From NCBI GenBank assembly GCA_021735245.1, contig JAIPHJ010000001.1, forward strand, positions 20,837 to 84,836: a DNA stretch of 64,000 nt, in the 5' to 3' direction. A program made the translations under genes and the position numbers. The stretch's first letter is position 1; each line of letters starts with the position of its first letter. The notes under the pieces were generated by a model. That model did no database searches and was not told the DNA's origin. It saw nothing but the letters and a program-made list of their open reading frames with translations. Of the stretch, positions 1-9,475 are shown in pieces. This DNA comes from Candidatus Bipolaricaulota bacterium. Its GTDB lineage: Bacteria; Bipolaricaulota; Bipolaricaulia; M55B111.

Positions 1-450
1 AGCCGAAAAAACAGGAAGAAGATGTTGCGAGACGAAGTAAGCTTCCTCCCCCGTAATTTCGTGCTTCCGGAGAATAAAACGATTTCCGAATCTCTGGAAT
101 TCAAGTTAAAAATCACCAATGCACAGCCCGATATCCGGGAAAGGTTGAACGAGGTACTGGAGCTAACGGATCTAAAATCTAAAGCGGAACAACTACCCCG
201 AGAAACGAGTGCAGTAAACCAGGTAAAAACCGCCCTGGCTATATCGATAGCTACCAAGCCCGAGTTGCTGGTTTGTCATAAACCGTTCCCGGGTTTAAAC
301 TCGACCGGAATAGAAGAAGTTATAGACCTTCTAACCAGGATAAACGCGCAACAAAATCTGAGTGCGCTGTTATTGACTGACGGGATAAAAGATAACTTCA
401 ATGGGGTTAACGTAATCGAGACCAATCTGGACAGCAGAGTAGTCAATTAG
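1..450 (+). CDS. FtsE-like ABC ATPase, degenerate motifs, 5'-truncated by window edge
   Basis: Frame is open from position 1. ABC-like C-terminal half (LELTDLKSKAEQLPRETS...ALAISIATKPELLV); lies directly upstream of an FtsX-like gene. Confidence 0.6.
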   Translation, partial: SRKNRKKMLRDEVSFLPRNFVLPENKTISESLEFKLKITNAQPDIRERLNEVLELTDLKSKAEQLPRETSAVNQVKTALAISIATKPELLVCHKPFPGLNSTGIEEVIDLLTRINAQQNLSALLLTDGIKDNFNGVNVIETNLDSRVVN

Positions 451-456
451 GAGAAA

Positions 457-1335
457 ATGACTAAAGGCTTCTACTTCATAAAAGAGTTCGGAAGCTTGGT
501 TGATGGAAATAAATCGGCAAAGGTTGCCGGCGCGATACTTAGCATATTTGCTTTTATCATTTTAATTTACGCCCTCCTGCTTCCAAAAAACCAGCCACTC
601 CAGGTTTCCTCCGGGCTTAAAAAGTTTCCAGGAAATCACAAAACGCTGGCCCAGATCGAACAGGGACTCTCGGCAAGCAGGATAAACGATCTATATCTTT
701 CGCTCAGACAGCTCAACTCAGTAGATAACCTAATACTTGTCCTGTCAGAAGAAGTCAAACAGGGGATTCTCAACGTTCCACCCGAAATGTCCAAAAATTC
801 CAATTTCTTTCTGATTAAAACGAGTGACAGAGGACAATTACGAGAGGAACTGAAGACCCAACCGGAGATAAACATGATAACCACTATTTCCGGTCAGATA
901 AAACGGCAGGGTTCACAGTCATTATCGTTATGGCTAAAAATTCTTATCCTGGTAATAGGGGTGACTTTTGCCGGACTTGCCTTTTACCTCCTCCGATCCG
1001 CTACGGAAGATATCCTTGAGGGCTGGGAGGGAGAACTTCAAATAATTAAGTATTCCGGCCTGTCCAGGTTTTCGGTAAAACTACCCCTGGCTCTGCTTGG
1101 CACACTATTTGGACTTATCGGTTCCGTACTGAGCGTGGTCATGCTATTCGTCCTATCCCTTCTGGCTGATAACGGAGTGTGGCTAATTCAAAGCCTGCCA
1201 GGCCTGCCCACTAACACCTCGCTCCTGTTAGTCTCGGTCTGGTCACTTCTCCTCGGGTTGGTACTGGGTTTCCTTGCCTCTCTTTCCAGCCTACGGGTAG
1301 TCGATCTAATGTGGAGTTCTCAAGAAAACCAATAA
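457..1335 (+). CDS. FtsX-like permease
   Basis: One N-terminal TM, an extracytoplasmic domain, then three C-terminal TMs. ELQIIKYSGLSRFSVKLP resembles the FtsX EIEIMKLVGA...IRLP motif. Confidence 0.65.
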   Translation: MTKGFYFIKEFGSLVDGNKSAKVAGAILSIFAFIILIYALLLPKNQPLQVSSGLKKFPGNHKTLAQIEQGLSASRINDLYLSLRQLNSVDNLILVLSEEVKQGILNVPPEMSKNSNFFLIKTSDRGQLREELKTQPEINMITTISGQIKRQGSQSLSLWLKILILVIGVTFAGLAFYLLRSATEDILEGWEGELQIIKYSGLSRFSVKLPLALLGTLFGLIGSVLSVVMLFVLSLLADNGVWLIQSLPGLPTNTSLLLVSVWSLLLGLVLGFLASLSSLRVVDLMWSSQENQ

Positions 1336-1354
1336 ATTTACCAGGTGATCGCAC

Positions 1355-1897
1355 TTGAAAAGAAAGGAAGCACTGGATCTTGTTGAGGAAAGTATATCGG
1401 AACGTAACTTGATCAAGCATATGAAAGCGCTAGAGGCAGGTATGAGAGAACTCGCCCGGTATTTTGATAAGGACGAAGAAGAGTGGGGAATTGCGGGTTT
1501 ATTGCACGATCTAGATTACGAGGAGACGGAAAAAGATCCCGATCGTCATGGCTTATTAACTGTAGACAGGTTGCAAAACGAGGATTTAACTGAGAAGCAA
1601 TTAAACGCGATAAAGGCTCACGCAGGGCAGAAGACACCAGAGACCAGGATGGAGAAATCCATCTACGCCACGGACCCGTTAACAGGCCTTATCGTGGCCG
1701 GTGCCCTGGTTCACCCAGATGGTCTGAGTGAAATGGATGCCGAGTTCATTCGAAACCGATACGAGGAAAGTAGTTTTGCAAAATCGGTGGACCGAGAAGC
1801 TATAGCAAGCTGTGAGGACCTGGGATTTGAACTTGAGGAGTTCTTTGATTTAGTTCTGGAAGGCATGCAAAACATCCAGGACGAACTGGGCCTCTAA
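1355..1897 (+). CDS. HD-domain (HDIG-type) metal-dependent phosphohydrolase
   Basis: KHM...GLLHDLDYE...HG...AH...D motif pattern; TTG start. Confidence 0.85.
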   Translation: MKRKEALDLVEESISERNLIKHMKALEAGMRELARYFDKDEEEWGIAGLLHDLDYEETEKDPDRHGLLTVDRLQNEDLTEKQLNAIKAHAGQKTPETRMEKSIYATDPLTGLIVAGALVHPDGLSEMDAEFIRNRYEESSFAKSVDREAIASCEDLGFELEEFFDLVLEGMQNIQDELGL

Positions 1898-1994
1898 TAA
1901 TCGAAAGCTTTAATTCAGTTCTTTTCTTTCACCGTTGAATTAAGGCAAGTCATCATTAATGCACGAAGACTTCTTCTATTCTTCAAGCTCTCCA

Positions 1995-2055
1995 CGCTCA
2001 CCCGGTAACTGGTTTAACTTTAAATGTTGAAAATATACAAATCCCGGCAGCAGGG
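1995..2055 (-). repeat. Dispersed ~60-bp intergenic repeat, copy A (most diverged)
   Basis: Reverse complement ccctgctgccgggatttgtatattttcaacatttaaagttaaaccagttaccgggtgagcg aligns with 39807-39864 and 48616-48680. Confidence 0.55.
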
Positions 2056-2254
2056 AAGAGGAGAGCAGTTATTCGAACCAGACAATTAGTACGGCGGAAG
2101 TCACGAACCCCCAAGGATGGACGGAGCTTGGAGAAATTCCTTTAAGCCGATTCATCCCGACGGTGCCCCGGGGCTTCCTCGTCAAGTTCTGGTGAAGGAA
2201 TTGAGTTTGAATTTAGCAGCGTGCAAGGTGGTCGGTTACTAAAATGGCAGGAAA

Positions 2255-2289
2255 TTCAAAAGGGAGGGTCCTACTACCATTACCCTCCC
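2255..2289 (-). terminator. Intrinsic terminator after rplQ (end of superoperon)
   Basis: 8-bp stem gggagggt/accctccc (2262-2289) followed by a short U-run on the minus strand. Confidence 0.7.
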
Positions 2290-2304
2290 CGCTTGAAAGT
2301 TTAA

Positions 2305-2661
2305 TTACTGATTTTCCACAAAGGTAAGGCGGGCCATTTCGGCTCCATCGCCCCTCCTGGGTGGAAGACGAAGAACCCTGGTATAGCCGCCATCTCTATC
2401 TTCGTATTGTTCTCCCAGGTTCTCGAACAAAGTCGTTACTGCTTCTTTATCGTTCAAGAAACTAAAGGCTCGTCTCCTGGCGTGCTCGTCTCCTTTCTTG
2501 GCGAGGGTAACCATCCTATCGGCAAATCGACTTGCCTCTTTGGCTTTCGCCACCGTGGTATCTACTTTACCGTTCTTAATTAAACCTTTCACCAGGTTAG
2601 CCACAATCTGTTTCTGATGGCTGGATTTTGCAAGATTCCAACCTTTCGTTTTATGATCCAT
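2305..2661 (-). CDS. rplQ: 50S ribosomal protein L17
   Basis: TTVAKAKE...R.GGYTRVL...RRGDGAEMA; follows rpoA. Confidence 0.97.
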   Translation of the reverse strand: MDHKTKGWNLAKSSHQKQIVANLVKGLIKNGKVDTTVAKAKEASRFADRMVTLAKKGDEHARRRAFSFLNDKEAVTTLFENLGEQYEDRDGGYTRVLRLPPRRGDGAEMARLTFVENQ

Positions 2662-3607
2662 TTTCTTCCTCCTGATCGGCTAACGAATAGCCCAGTTCCT
2701 CTAGTTTGTCTTCGACTTTCTGGAGCGTCTTACTTCCGAAGCCATGAATATCGAGTAGTTTATCGGAGGTCTGGTCCAGCAAGTCCTCAAGAGTCTCCAC
2801 GCCCTTTTCCTGAAGCAGGTTACAGGCACGCTGGTTAAAGCCAAGATCTTCAAGCCTTTCTTCAAATTCTTCCGGTACTTCTTCCTCGACTTCCTGCAAC
2901 GTCCCCAGTTCTCCAAACGGATGCTCGGGTAAATTGGAGAATAGTTCATACCTTCGGGCAAGTATCCGAGAAGCTCGACCTACCGCTTCTTCGGGTCTGA
3001 TTCCCCCATCCGTCTCCAGTTCGAGCTCTAACCTATCACAGTCTTCCTTGCCCCCGGCTCTTACGTTATCCACGTCAAAATCAACTTTCTGCACAGGAGA
3101 AAAGTTCGAGTCAATGGGTATAACGGAAAGAGGAGAATCCTCGACTTTGTTTTCGTCGGCGGAACGGTAGCCCATACCGGCCTCTACGTCCATTTCCATG
3201 TTTATTTCTGCTCCGTCGGACAGGTGAGCCAGTGCGTGATCCGGATTGATAACCTCTATACCGGACTCGACCTGCAGATCACCCGTAACGACTTCCCCCG
3301 ATTCCGAGGCCTCCAGGTACATCTTTCTCTCTTCCGCTCTATCAAGTCTCAGGGAGATCTCCTTAACGTTCATAATTAACTCAATTATGTCTTCCCTGAC
3401 TCCCTCTATGGTATCGTACTCGTGATACTTCCCGTCAAACCTAACCCTGGTCACGGCTGCTCCCGGTATCATTGACATCAGCACTCTGCGCAGGGAGTTA
3501 CCCAGAGTAGTGCCCATGCCTCGTTCCAGGGGCCCGACCACAAGGCGGCCATGGTTATTGTCTAACTCTTCGAAATGAACGTCTTCTGGCTCAATATATT
3601 CTAACAT
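2651..3607 (-). CDS. rpoA: RNA polymerase alpha subunit
   Basis: PLERGMGTTLGNSLRRVL, HEY..IEGVRED, plus an alpha-CTD. Confidence 0.98.
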   Translation of the reverse strand: MLEYIEPEDVHFEELDNNHGRLVVGPLERGMGTTLGNSLRRVLMSMIPGAAVTRVRFDGKYHEYDTIEGVREDIIELIMNVKEISLRLDRAEERKMYLEASESGEVVTGDLQVESGIEVINPDHALAHLSDGAEINMEMDVEAGMGYRSADENKVEDSPLSVIPIDSNFSPVQKVDFDVDNVRAGGKEDCDRLELELETDGGIRPEEAVGRASRILARRYELFSNLPEHPFGELGTLQEVEEEVPEEFEERLEDLGFNQRACNLLQEKGVETLEDLLDQTSDKLLDIHGFGSKTLQKVEDKLEELGYSLADQEEENGS

Positions 3608-3632
3608 TAGCCCTCCGCTATTTATAAGTACT

Positions 3633-4256
3633 CTATCGAGAGTAGAACTCTACAATTCTATTGACTTGAAGTGACTCCTCAACGTCCTCAATAGCGGGTT
3701 CAGATAAAACAGAAGCTCTCATGTTATCAGTTTCGACGTCTATCCAGGATGGGATTCTCGGATTATCTTCATCTACCAAACTCCTTAAACCGTCTCTACT
3801 CCTGGAAGAATCCTTATAGGCAACTACGTCTCCCTCCTCCGTCATATAGGAAGGAATATCGATCGACCGGCCGTTTACCTCGATGTGACCGTGATTTATC
3901 AACTGACGTGCCTGATCGCGCGACTCGGCCAATCCACTCCTATACAGCACGTTGTCAAGCCGCCTTTCAAGCGTCTTTAGGAGGGCTTCACCCGTAATCT
4001 CTGTGCTCGCGTCGGACTGCTCAAAGTAATTTCGGAACTTCTCTTCTCGGACCCCATATATACGTCGGGCTTTCTGTTTTTCCCGCAACCTGATTCTATA
4101 TTGAGACCACCTTGACCTACTCTCCCCGGCTTCACCAGGGGGATAGGACTTCCTCGTTACGGGGCATTTATCCGTATAACACTTATCGCCTTTCAAAAAT
4201 AATTTCGTACCTTCGCGTCTACATTTCTTACATTTAGCTCCGGTATCTCTTCCCAT
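3633..4256 (-). CDS. rpsD: 30S ribosomal protein S4 (Zn-type)
   Basis: CKKCRREG.KLFLKG.KC, LERRLDN, IVEFYSR. Confidence 0.98.
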   Translation of the reverse strand: MGRDTGAKCKKCRREGTKLFLKGDKCYTDKCPVTRKSYPPGEAGESRSRWSQYRIRLREKQKARRIYGVREEKFRNYFEQSDASTEITGEALLKTLERRLDNVLYRSGLAESRDQARQLINHGHIEVNGRSIDIPSYMTEEGDVVAYKDSSRSRDGLRSLVDEDNPRIPSWIDVETDNMRASVLSEPAIEDVEESLQVNRIVEFYSR

Positions 4257-4271
4257 ATCAATATCCTCCTG

Positions 4272-4607
4272 TCAACTATGTGCCCTGGGGGTTATGTTTG
4301 CGACCTTGTCCACTTCGATCCCGGCTCCCTCGATCGTCTGGATCACCGAGTTTCTACCGGATCCAGTCCCTTTTACAGTTACGATAACTGATTTAACCCC
4401 GTAATCGCGTAATTCTTCGACTAAGTTCTCCGCAGCAACCTGCGCGGCGTAAGGAGTACCCTTTCGCGAACCCTTGAAGCCCACGGCACCAGGCGTAACC
4501 CAGGAAATTACGTCCCCATCCGTATCAGTCAACGTCAATATCGTATTGTTAAACGAAGCATTAACGTGGACTCTCGCTTTATTCAGCTTTACTTGTTTTC
4601 GTGCCAA
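4272..4607 (-). CDS. rpsK: 30S ribosomal protein S11 (short C-terminus)
   Basis: ASFNNT, GFKGSRKGTPYAAQ. Confidence 0.97.
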   Translation of the reverse strand: MARKQVKLNKARVHVNASFNNTILTLTDTDGDVISWVTPGAVGFKGSRKGTPYAAQVAAENLVEELRDYGVKSVIVTVKGTGSGRNSVIQTIEGAGIEVDKVANITPRAHS

Positions 4608-4637
4608 TTAAATCTCTCCCTGTTTCATATCCGAAGT

Positions 4638-4997
4638 CTATTTGCCCGCCTTAGACTCTCGCGGACCCTTCCAAGTTCTTGCGTTGGACTGCGTCTTCTG
4701 TCCCCGGACCGGCAACCCTTCCTTATGTCTTTCACCCCGGTAACAACCGATATCTTTCAATCTCTGTATATCCGCCTCGACCTTTCGTTCCAGATCACCC
4801 TCCACGCGGTATTCATCTATCGCGTTTCTCAGTTTTGCTACATCGGCTTCTGTAAGGTCGTAAACGAATTCGTCGGGATCTACTCCCGAAGTCTCGGCTA
4901 CTTTTCTGGCCCGATGACTCCCTATACCCTTTATATAGGTAAGGGAAATCTTGACTTTCTTATCTTCCGGAATATCTACACCTGCTAACCTGGGCAT
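4638..4997 (-). CDS. rpsM: 30S ribosomal protein S13
   Basis: RLAGVDIP, LTYIKGIG, GLPVRGQ.T..NART.KG. Confidence 0.98.
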   Translation of the reverse strand: MPRLAGVDIPEDKKVKISLTYIKGIGSHRARKVAETSGVDPDEFVYDLTEADVAKLRNAIDEYRVEGDLERKVEADIQRLKDIGCYRGERHKEGLPVRGQKTQSNARTWKGPRESKAGK

Positions 4998-5014
4998 CCT
5001 TTATCACCTTTCTA

Positions 5015-5128
5015 TTAACCTTGACGTTGTCTGTGCTTCGGATTCTTACAAATAACTTCGACTCTTCCGTTCCGCTTAATAATTTTACAATCGTCACATA
5101 TCTTTCTTACCGAACTTCTGACTTTCAT
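5015..5128 (-). CDS. rpmJ: 50S ribosomal protein L36 (not in ORF track)
   Basis: Manual translation [37 protein letters not shown] (37 aa), between infA and rpsM. Confidence 0.97.
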   Translation of the reverse strand: MKVRSSVRKICDDCKIIKRNGRVEVICKNPKHRQRQG

Positions 5129-5143
5129 ACTAACCCCCCTCAA

Positions 5144-5371
5144 TCAGGACTCTCTATATACTATTCTTCCTTTGTTCAAGTCATGGGGTGAAAACTCCAC
5201 CAGTACCCTGTCACCAGGAACTATCCTAATAAAATGCTTTCTTATCTTGCCTGATATATGGCAAATAGCTTCGTGCCCGTTGTCCAGTTCGACCTTGAAC
5301 ATCGAATCGGGTAGAGCTTCAATAATCTCTCCCCGCTTTCTTATAATGTCGTCATCTTCTTTTTCAGCCAT
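5144..5371 (-). CDS. infA: Translation initiation factor IF-1
   Basis: [14 protein letters not shown]...HISGKIR..FIRI.PGDRV. Confidence 0.98.
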   Translation of the reverse strand: MAEKEDDDIIRKRGEIIEALPDSMFKVELDNGHEAICHISGKIRKHFIRIVPGDRVLVEFSPHDLNKGRIVYRES

Positions 5372-5376
5372 GGATT

Positions 5377-6129
5377 TTATAAACCACCCCTGACTAAAAC
5401 TTCTGGTCCGTCCTTGGTAGCTGCAACCATACCTTCGAAGTGAGCAGATAGATCACGATCCGCCGTTACCGTGGTCCAGCCATCGTCTAAGACTTCCACT
5501 TTCTTGTCATCAAGCTTAACCATCGGCTCTATACAGAAAACCATTCCTTCTTCGATTCTCTTTCCCGTATCCGGCTCTCCGTAATTCGGAATTTGAGGAT
5601 CCTCGTGCATATCCCTTCCGATGCCGTGTCCGACAAATTCCTTTACCACATGATACCCTTCTTCGTTAACAAAGGACCCGATAACGTGCGAAATATCGCC
5701 AACCCTATTCCCTACGGCCACCTTATCTATTCCTTTGGTAAGCGCCTTATCCGTAACCGACATCAACCCCATAGCCTTTTCAGTTACCTTTCCTACGGCG
5801 ACCGTGGTCGCAAAATCGGCAAACAAACCGTCCCTTTCTATTCCGATATCCAGGGAAAGCAAATCTCCCGACTCCAGCTTTCTCCTGCCGGGGATCCCGT
5901 GCACTATCTCTTCGTTCAACGACGTGCATAAGGAGCTGGGGAAGCCACGATAATTCTTAAACGCAGGCGTTCCATCCGCTTCGTGAATTAGGTCTTCCGC
6001 GTAGCTATCAAGTTCCTGAGTGGTTACACCTAGCTCGATTCTGGAGACTACTTTGTCAAGAATTTTCCTCAAAATACTAGCGTTTTCTTTCATAATTTCA
6101 AGTTCCGAACTGGATTTTATCTTGATCAT
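5377..6129 (-). CDS. map: Methionine aminopeptidase type I
   Basis: [35 protein letters not shown] overlaps the adk stop. Confidence 0.97.
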   Translation of the reverse strand: MIKIKSSSELEIMKENASILRKILDKVVSRIELGVTTQELDSYAEDLIHEADGTPAFKNYRGFPSSLCTSLNEEIVHGIPGRRKLESGDLLSLDIGIERDGLFADFATTVAVGKVTEKAMGLMSVTDKALTKGIDKVAVGNRVGDISHVIGSFVNEEGYHVVKEFVGHGIGRDMHEDPQIPNYGEPDTGKRIEEGMVFCIEPMVKLDDKKVEVLDDGWTTVTADRDLSAHFEGMVAATKDGPEVLVRGGL

Positions 6130-6785
6130 CAACCAGTACCTTGATGGAGGGCGCTCTCGATCTCTGCCTGAACCTCTTCCGGTTGCTGTTCACCGTCAAT
6201 TTCTTCAAGCAGCCCCCTCTCACGATAAAAGTCAATTAACGGAGCCGTTTCGTCGAGGAAGGTCGCAAATCTATCACGGATAACCTCCGGCTTGTCGTCG
6301 TCTCGCTGATACAGATTTCCGCTACATTCGTCGCAAACTCCCTCTCTCTCAGGGGACTTGAAGATCGTATTATATATTCTACCACAATCGCGGCAAACTC
6401 TCCTCGAAGACAATCTCCTAACGGCTTCTGACTTGCTGATCTTGATATAGGCTACCAGATCTAAATCCAATACTCTACCGAGTGCTTTTGCCTGGTCCAT
6501 CGTTCTCGGAAAGCCGTCAAACAGATATCCTTTTTGGTCGGTTAACCGTTTTTGAACCATATCCACGACAAGATCGTCGGGAACCAGTTCACCCTTATCC
6601 ATATATTTTTTTGCCTTAAGCCCCAGTTCTGTGCCTTTATCCACCTCGTCCCTCAGAATATCGCCGGTAGCTAGATGCTGCATCCTTCTATCCTCCAGAA
6701 GCTTTTCCGCCTGGGTTCCTTTCCCTGCACCCGGACCACCCAGTAAAACTACGTTACACTTTTCGCCGTCCGAAGGGGCTAACAT
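6129..6785 (-). CDS. adk: Adenylate kinase (Zn-lid type)
   Basis: GGPGAGKGTQA, DGFPRT, CxxC...CxxC lid; start moved to ATG 6785, which has an SD. Confidence 0.97.
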   Translation of the reverse strand: MLAPSDGEKCNVVLLGGPGAGKGTQAEKLLEDRRMQHLATGDILRDEVDKGTELGLKAKKYMDKGELVPDDLVVDMVQKRLTDQKGYLFDGFPRTMDQAKALGRVLDLDLVAYIKISKSEAVRRLSSRRVCRDCGRIYNTIFKSPEREGVCDECSGNLYQRDDDKPEVIRDRFATFLDETAPLIDFYRERGLLEEIDGEQQPEEVQAEIESALHQGTG

Positions 6786-6786
6786 T

Positions 6787-8082
6787 TCAACCTCTCCTCC
6801 CCAGTATGGCGGATCCACCGGCTTCCGTTAGACTGTCGTAATGCCTCATAACCATGTGCGATTCTATCTGCATCAAGACGTCAAGGCCTACTCCGACGAC
6901 AATCAGGACCGACGTACCTCCAAGCCAGAACGAAGTCAACCCGCTAATTGCCGTAAACACGTAGGGTAACACCGCAATCGCACCGAGAAACAGTGCCCCG
7001 ACGAGCAGCAACCGATTAAGTATCGATTGAATATATTCAACCGTCGACTGACCCGGACGCACGCCTGGTATGAAACCTCCAGATTCCTTGAGGTTCTTTG
7101 CGACGTCGTTCGGATCAAATATTATCGCACTGTAAAAATATGTGAAGAACACTATCAAAAGAACGTAAGCAATCAAATAGGGAATGCTCCCGCGTTGAAC
7201 CCAGCGAGTCATCCACGACAGGCCCGGGGCCCATTGAGCAAGGGTCATGGGCAGGGAAAGAAGCACTGAGGCAAATATGATCGGTATTACTCCCCCTTGA
7301 TTTACCTTTATCGGTAAATGGCTTGTATGACCGCCGTAAACCTTTCGACCGGCAGTTCTTTTCGCGTATTGGATCCTTATTTTCCTTCTCCCCTGCTGGA
7401 CTATCACTACGCCTGCAATTACCACTATAAATACCCCTACAAGAATCAGACCCCAGATCGGGCTAACATTACCGTAGTTTACTTCAACCCACGTACTGTA
7501 GAGCTGACTCGGAAACCTTGCCATAATTCCGGCCATAATTAAAACTGATATACCATTTCCTATTCCGTTTTCAGTTATCCTTTCTCCAAGCCACATAAGA
7601 AAAACCGTCCCAGTGGTCATCGACAGAACGGCGGTGATGAAAAACAGCGTCACCGAACCTTCGACCATACCCTGTCTCACAAGGAAATAGCTCCAGCCGT
7701 ACGATTGAATGAAAGCAATGGCAAGAGTCCCGTATCTCGTGTACTTTGTAATTACTTTCTTACCTTCCCGACCTTGCTGTTGCAACTCCTTCAACTTGGG
7801 TACGACGGCCGTCAAAAGGCTCATAATAATTGAAGCGTTAATGTAAGGGGTAATTCCCAGTCCAAAGAGAGTTCCTCGCCCCAGGGCACCCCCGGTAAAC
7901 ATGTTGAGATACTGGAGGATGTTCCCCCCACCCTGTTCAAACAGGTTTCGTAGCGCCTCCGTAGCTATACCCGGTATCGGAATGTGCGTCCCGGCCCGGA
8001 ATATCGCTATTGCCCCCAAAGTAAATAAAATTCTCTTTCTGAGCTCAGGTATTTTTAGTATACTGGCTAACTGATTAAGCAC
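6787..8082 (-). CDS. secY: Preprotein translocase SecY
   Basis: LGITPYINASII, GIGNGIS, GVIPIIFAS, FIPGVRPG. Confidence 0.98.
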   Translation of the reverse strand: MLNQLASILKIPELRKRILFTLGAIAIFRAGTHIPIPGIATEALRNLFEQGGGNILQYLNMFTGGALGRGTLFGLGITPYINASIIMSLLTAVVPKLKELQQQGREGKKVITKYTRYGTLAIAFIQSYGWSYFLVRQGMVEGSVTLFFITAVLSMTTGTVFLMWLGERITENGIGNGISVLIMAGIMARFPSQLYSTWVEVNYGNVSPIWGLILVGVFIVVIAGVVIVQQGRRKIRIQYAKRTAGRKVYGGHTSHLPIKVNQGGVIPIIFASVLLSLPMTLAQWAPGLSWMTRWVQRGSIPYLIAYVLLIVFFTYFYSAIIFDPNDVAKNLKESGGFIPGVRPGQSTVEYIQSILNRLLLVGALFLGAIAVLPYVFTAISGLTSFWLGGTSVLIVVGVGLDVLMQIESHMVMRHYDSLTEAGGSAILGRRG

Positions 8083-8088
8083 GAATCA

Positions 8089-8547
8089 TCACTCTTTGTC
8101 ACCCACCAATTCCCACGTACCTCCTGCGTCTTCGATTTTTCTCTTTGCGCCCGCACTGAACTGATGTGCCTTCACGGTCAACTTCGTTTCAAGCTCTCCA
8201 TCTCCGAGAACTTTTAAACCGTCTTTAAGGTTCCCTACAAGACCCTCTTTCTTAAGGCGCTCGGGGTCGATTACCTCGTCATCCTCGTAGCGGTCGAGCT
8301 GGTACACGTTTACCCATTCCAATTCCTTTTTGTTCGGGTTTGAAAAGCCTACTTTGGGAAATCTCCGCCAAATCGGAGTCTGTCCCCCTTCAAAACCCAC
8401 CTTGGGCTTGCCTCCACTCCTGGCGTTCTGGCCTTTCGTTCCTCGACCGGATTCGTGACCTCCCTTGCCTGAACCGTAACCCCGACCTCTGCGGTTTTTC
8501 GCCTGTTTACTACCTTCAGTCGGTTTGAGATCTTCTAATTTCTTCAT
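8089..8547 (-). CDS. rplO: 50S ribosomal protein L15
   Basis: GRG.GSGKG...GRGTKGQNARSG...FEGGQTP. Confidence 0.98.
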   Translation of the reverse strand: MKKLEDLKPTEGSKQAKNRRGRGYGSGKGGHESGRGTKGQNARSGGKPKVGFEGGQTPIWRRFPKVGFSNPNKKELEWVNVYQLDRYEDDEVIDPERLKKEGLVGNLKDGLKVLGDGELETKLTVKAHQFSAGAKRKIEDAGGTWELVGDKE

Positions 8548-9056
8548 TCCTGGAAGGCCTCCTCAAGATCTTCTACTTCCTTACCCCTTTTCCTGGCAAC
8601 ACTCTCCGGGGTCTTCAACCTGCTAAATCCCTCTATTACAGCTTTTGCCAGCGTCATCGGGTTGTTCGTTCCAAGCGACTTCGTCAGCATATTGTCCAGC
8701 CCGGCCAGCCTACATATAGTACCAACTACGTCACCAGCGATTATGCCCGTACCTCTATAAGCAGGCTTTAGCACGACTTTCCCCGCCTTGAATTCCCCGA
8801 TCACTTCGTGAGGAATGGTTCCATTCACTATCGGTACGTCTATTATGTGCTTCTTCGCATCTCTTACGGCCTGGCCTATAGCTTGAGGAATCTCATCGGT
8901 GTTGCCGGAACCTACTCCAACCTTTCCTTCGTAATTACCTGCGGCAACTAGCACCCGAAATCTAAGATTCCTCCCACCTTTGGTAACTTTACTTACCCGA
9001 CTTATGTCAATTACGTTATCATCAAAATCGTCTTCTCGTCTATTGTTCCTTGCCAT
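8544..9056 (-). CDS. rpsE: 30S ribosomal protein S5
   Basis: RVSKVTKGGR, GTIPHEV, GTGIIAG. Confidence 0.98.
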   Translation of the reverse strand: MARNNRREDDFDDNVIDISRVSKVTKGGRNLRFRVLVAAGNYEGKVGVGSGNTDEIPQAIGQAVRDAKKHIIDVPIVNGTIPHEVIGEFKAGKVVLKPAYRGTGIIAGDVVGTICRLAGLDNMLTKSLGTNNPMTLAKAVIEGFSRLKTPESVARKRGKEVEDLEEAFQE

Positions 9057-9058
9057 AA

Positions 9059-9421
9059 CTAAAAGTCAAGTCCCTCCTCTCTCATCTGGTCGGCCAGTGC
9101 CTTAACTTGCCCGTGATAAGGGTATCCTCCCCTATCGAAAACTATCGTTTCGTAACCTTCTTCCAGGAGTTCCGAGGCCATCAAAGAACCTACCTTCCTG
9201 GCGGTTTCGATCGTCGCGTTCTCAACCTCTTCCTCAATTTCCGGACTCAAAGACGAGGAAGCAGCAATAGTTTCGTTATGGATATCATCTATCGCCTGAG
9301 CGTAAATATGTCTGTTCGACTTCTTTACGTAGACCCTTGGCTTGCTCCGTGTCCCTCTTATATTACTCCTAATCCGTTTATGCCTTATCTTTCTCCTCTT
9401 CTCTCTATCAACTTTTGGCAC
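9059..9421 (-). CDS. rplR: 50S ribosomal protein L18
   Basis: SNRHIYAQ.IDD, VFDRGGYPYHG.VKALAD. Confidence 0.98.
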   Translation of the reverse strand: MPKVDREKRRKIRHKRIRSNIRGTRSKPRVYVKKSNRHIYAQAIDDIHNETIAASSSLSPEIEEEVENATIETARKVGSLMASELLEEGYETIVFDRGGYPYHGQVKALADQMREEGLDF

Positions 9422-9475
9422 TGATGTATCCTCCTAAATTCTGATTTTGACGGTTAGTTTACAATAACTCTCGGA

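Noticed and set aside
2145..2158. 14-mer agccgattcatccc also present at 55783-55796
   Set aside because: Flanks do not align; one 14-mer match is compatible with chance.
2075..2200. Fragments reminiscent of a c-di-AMP (ydaO) riboswitch (gtacggcggaa, cctcgtcaag)
   Set aside because: Other conserved blocks are missing and there is no downstream gene on that strand.
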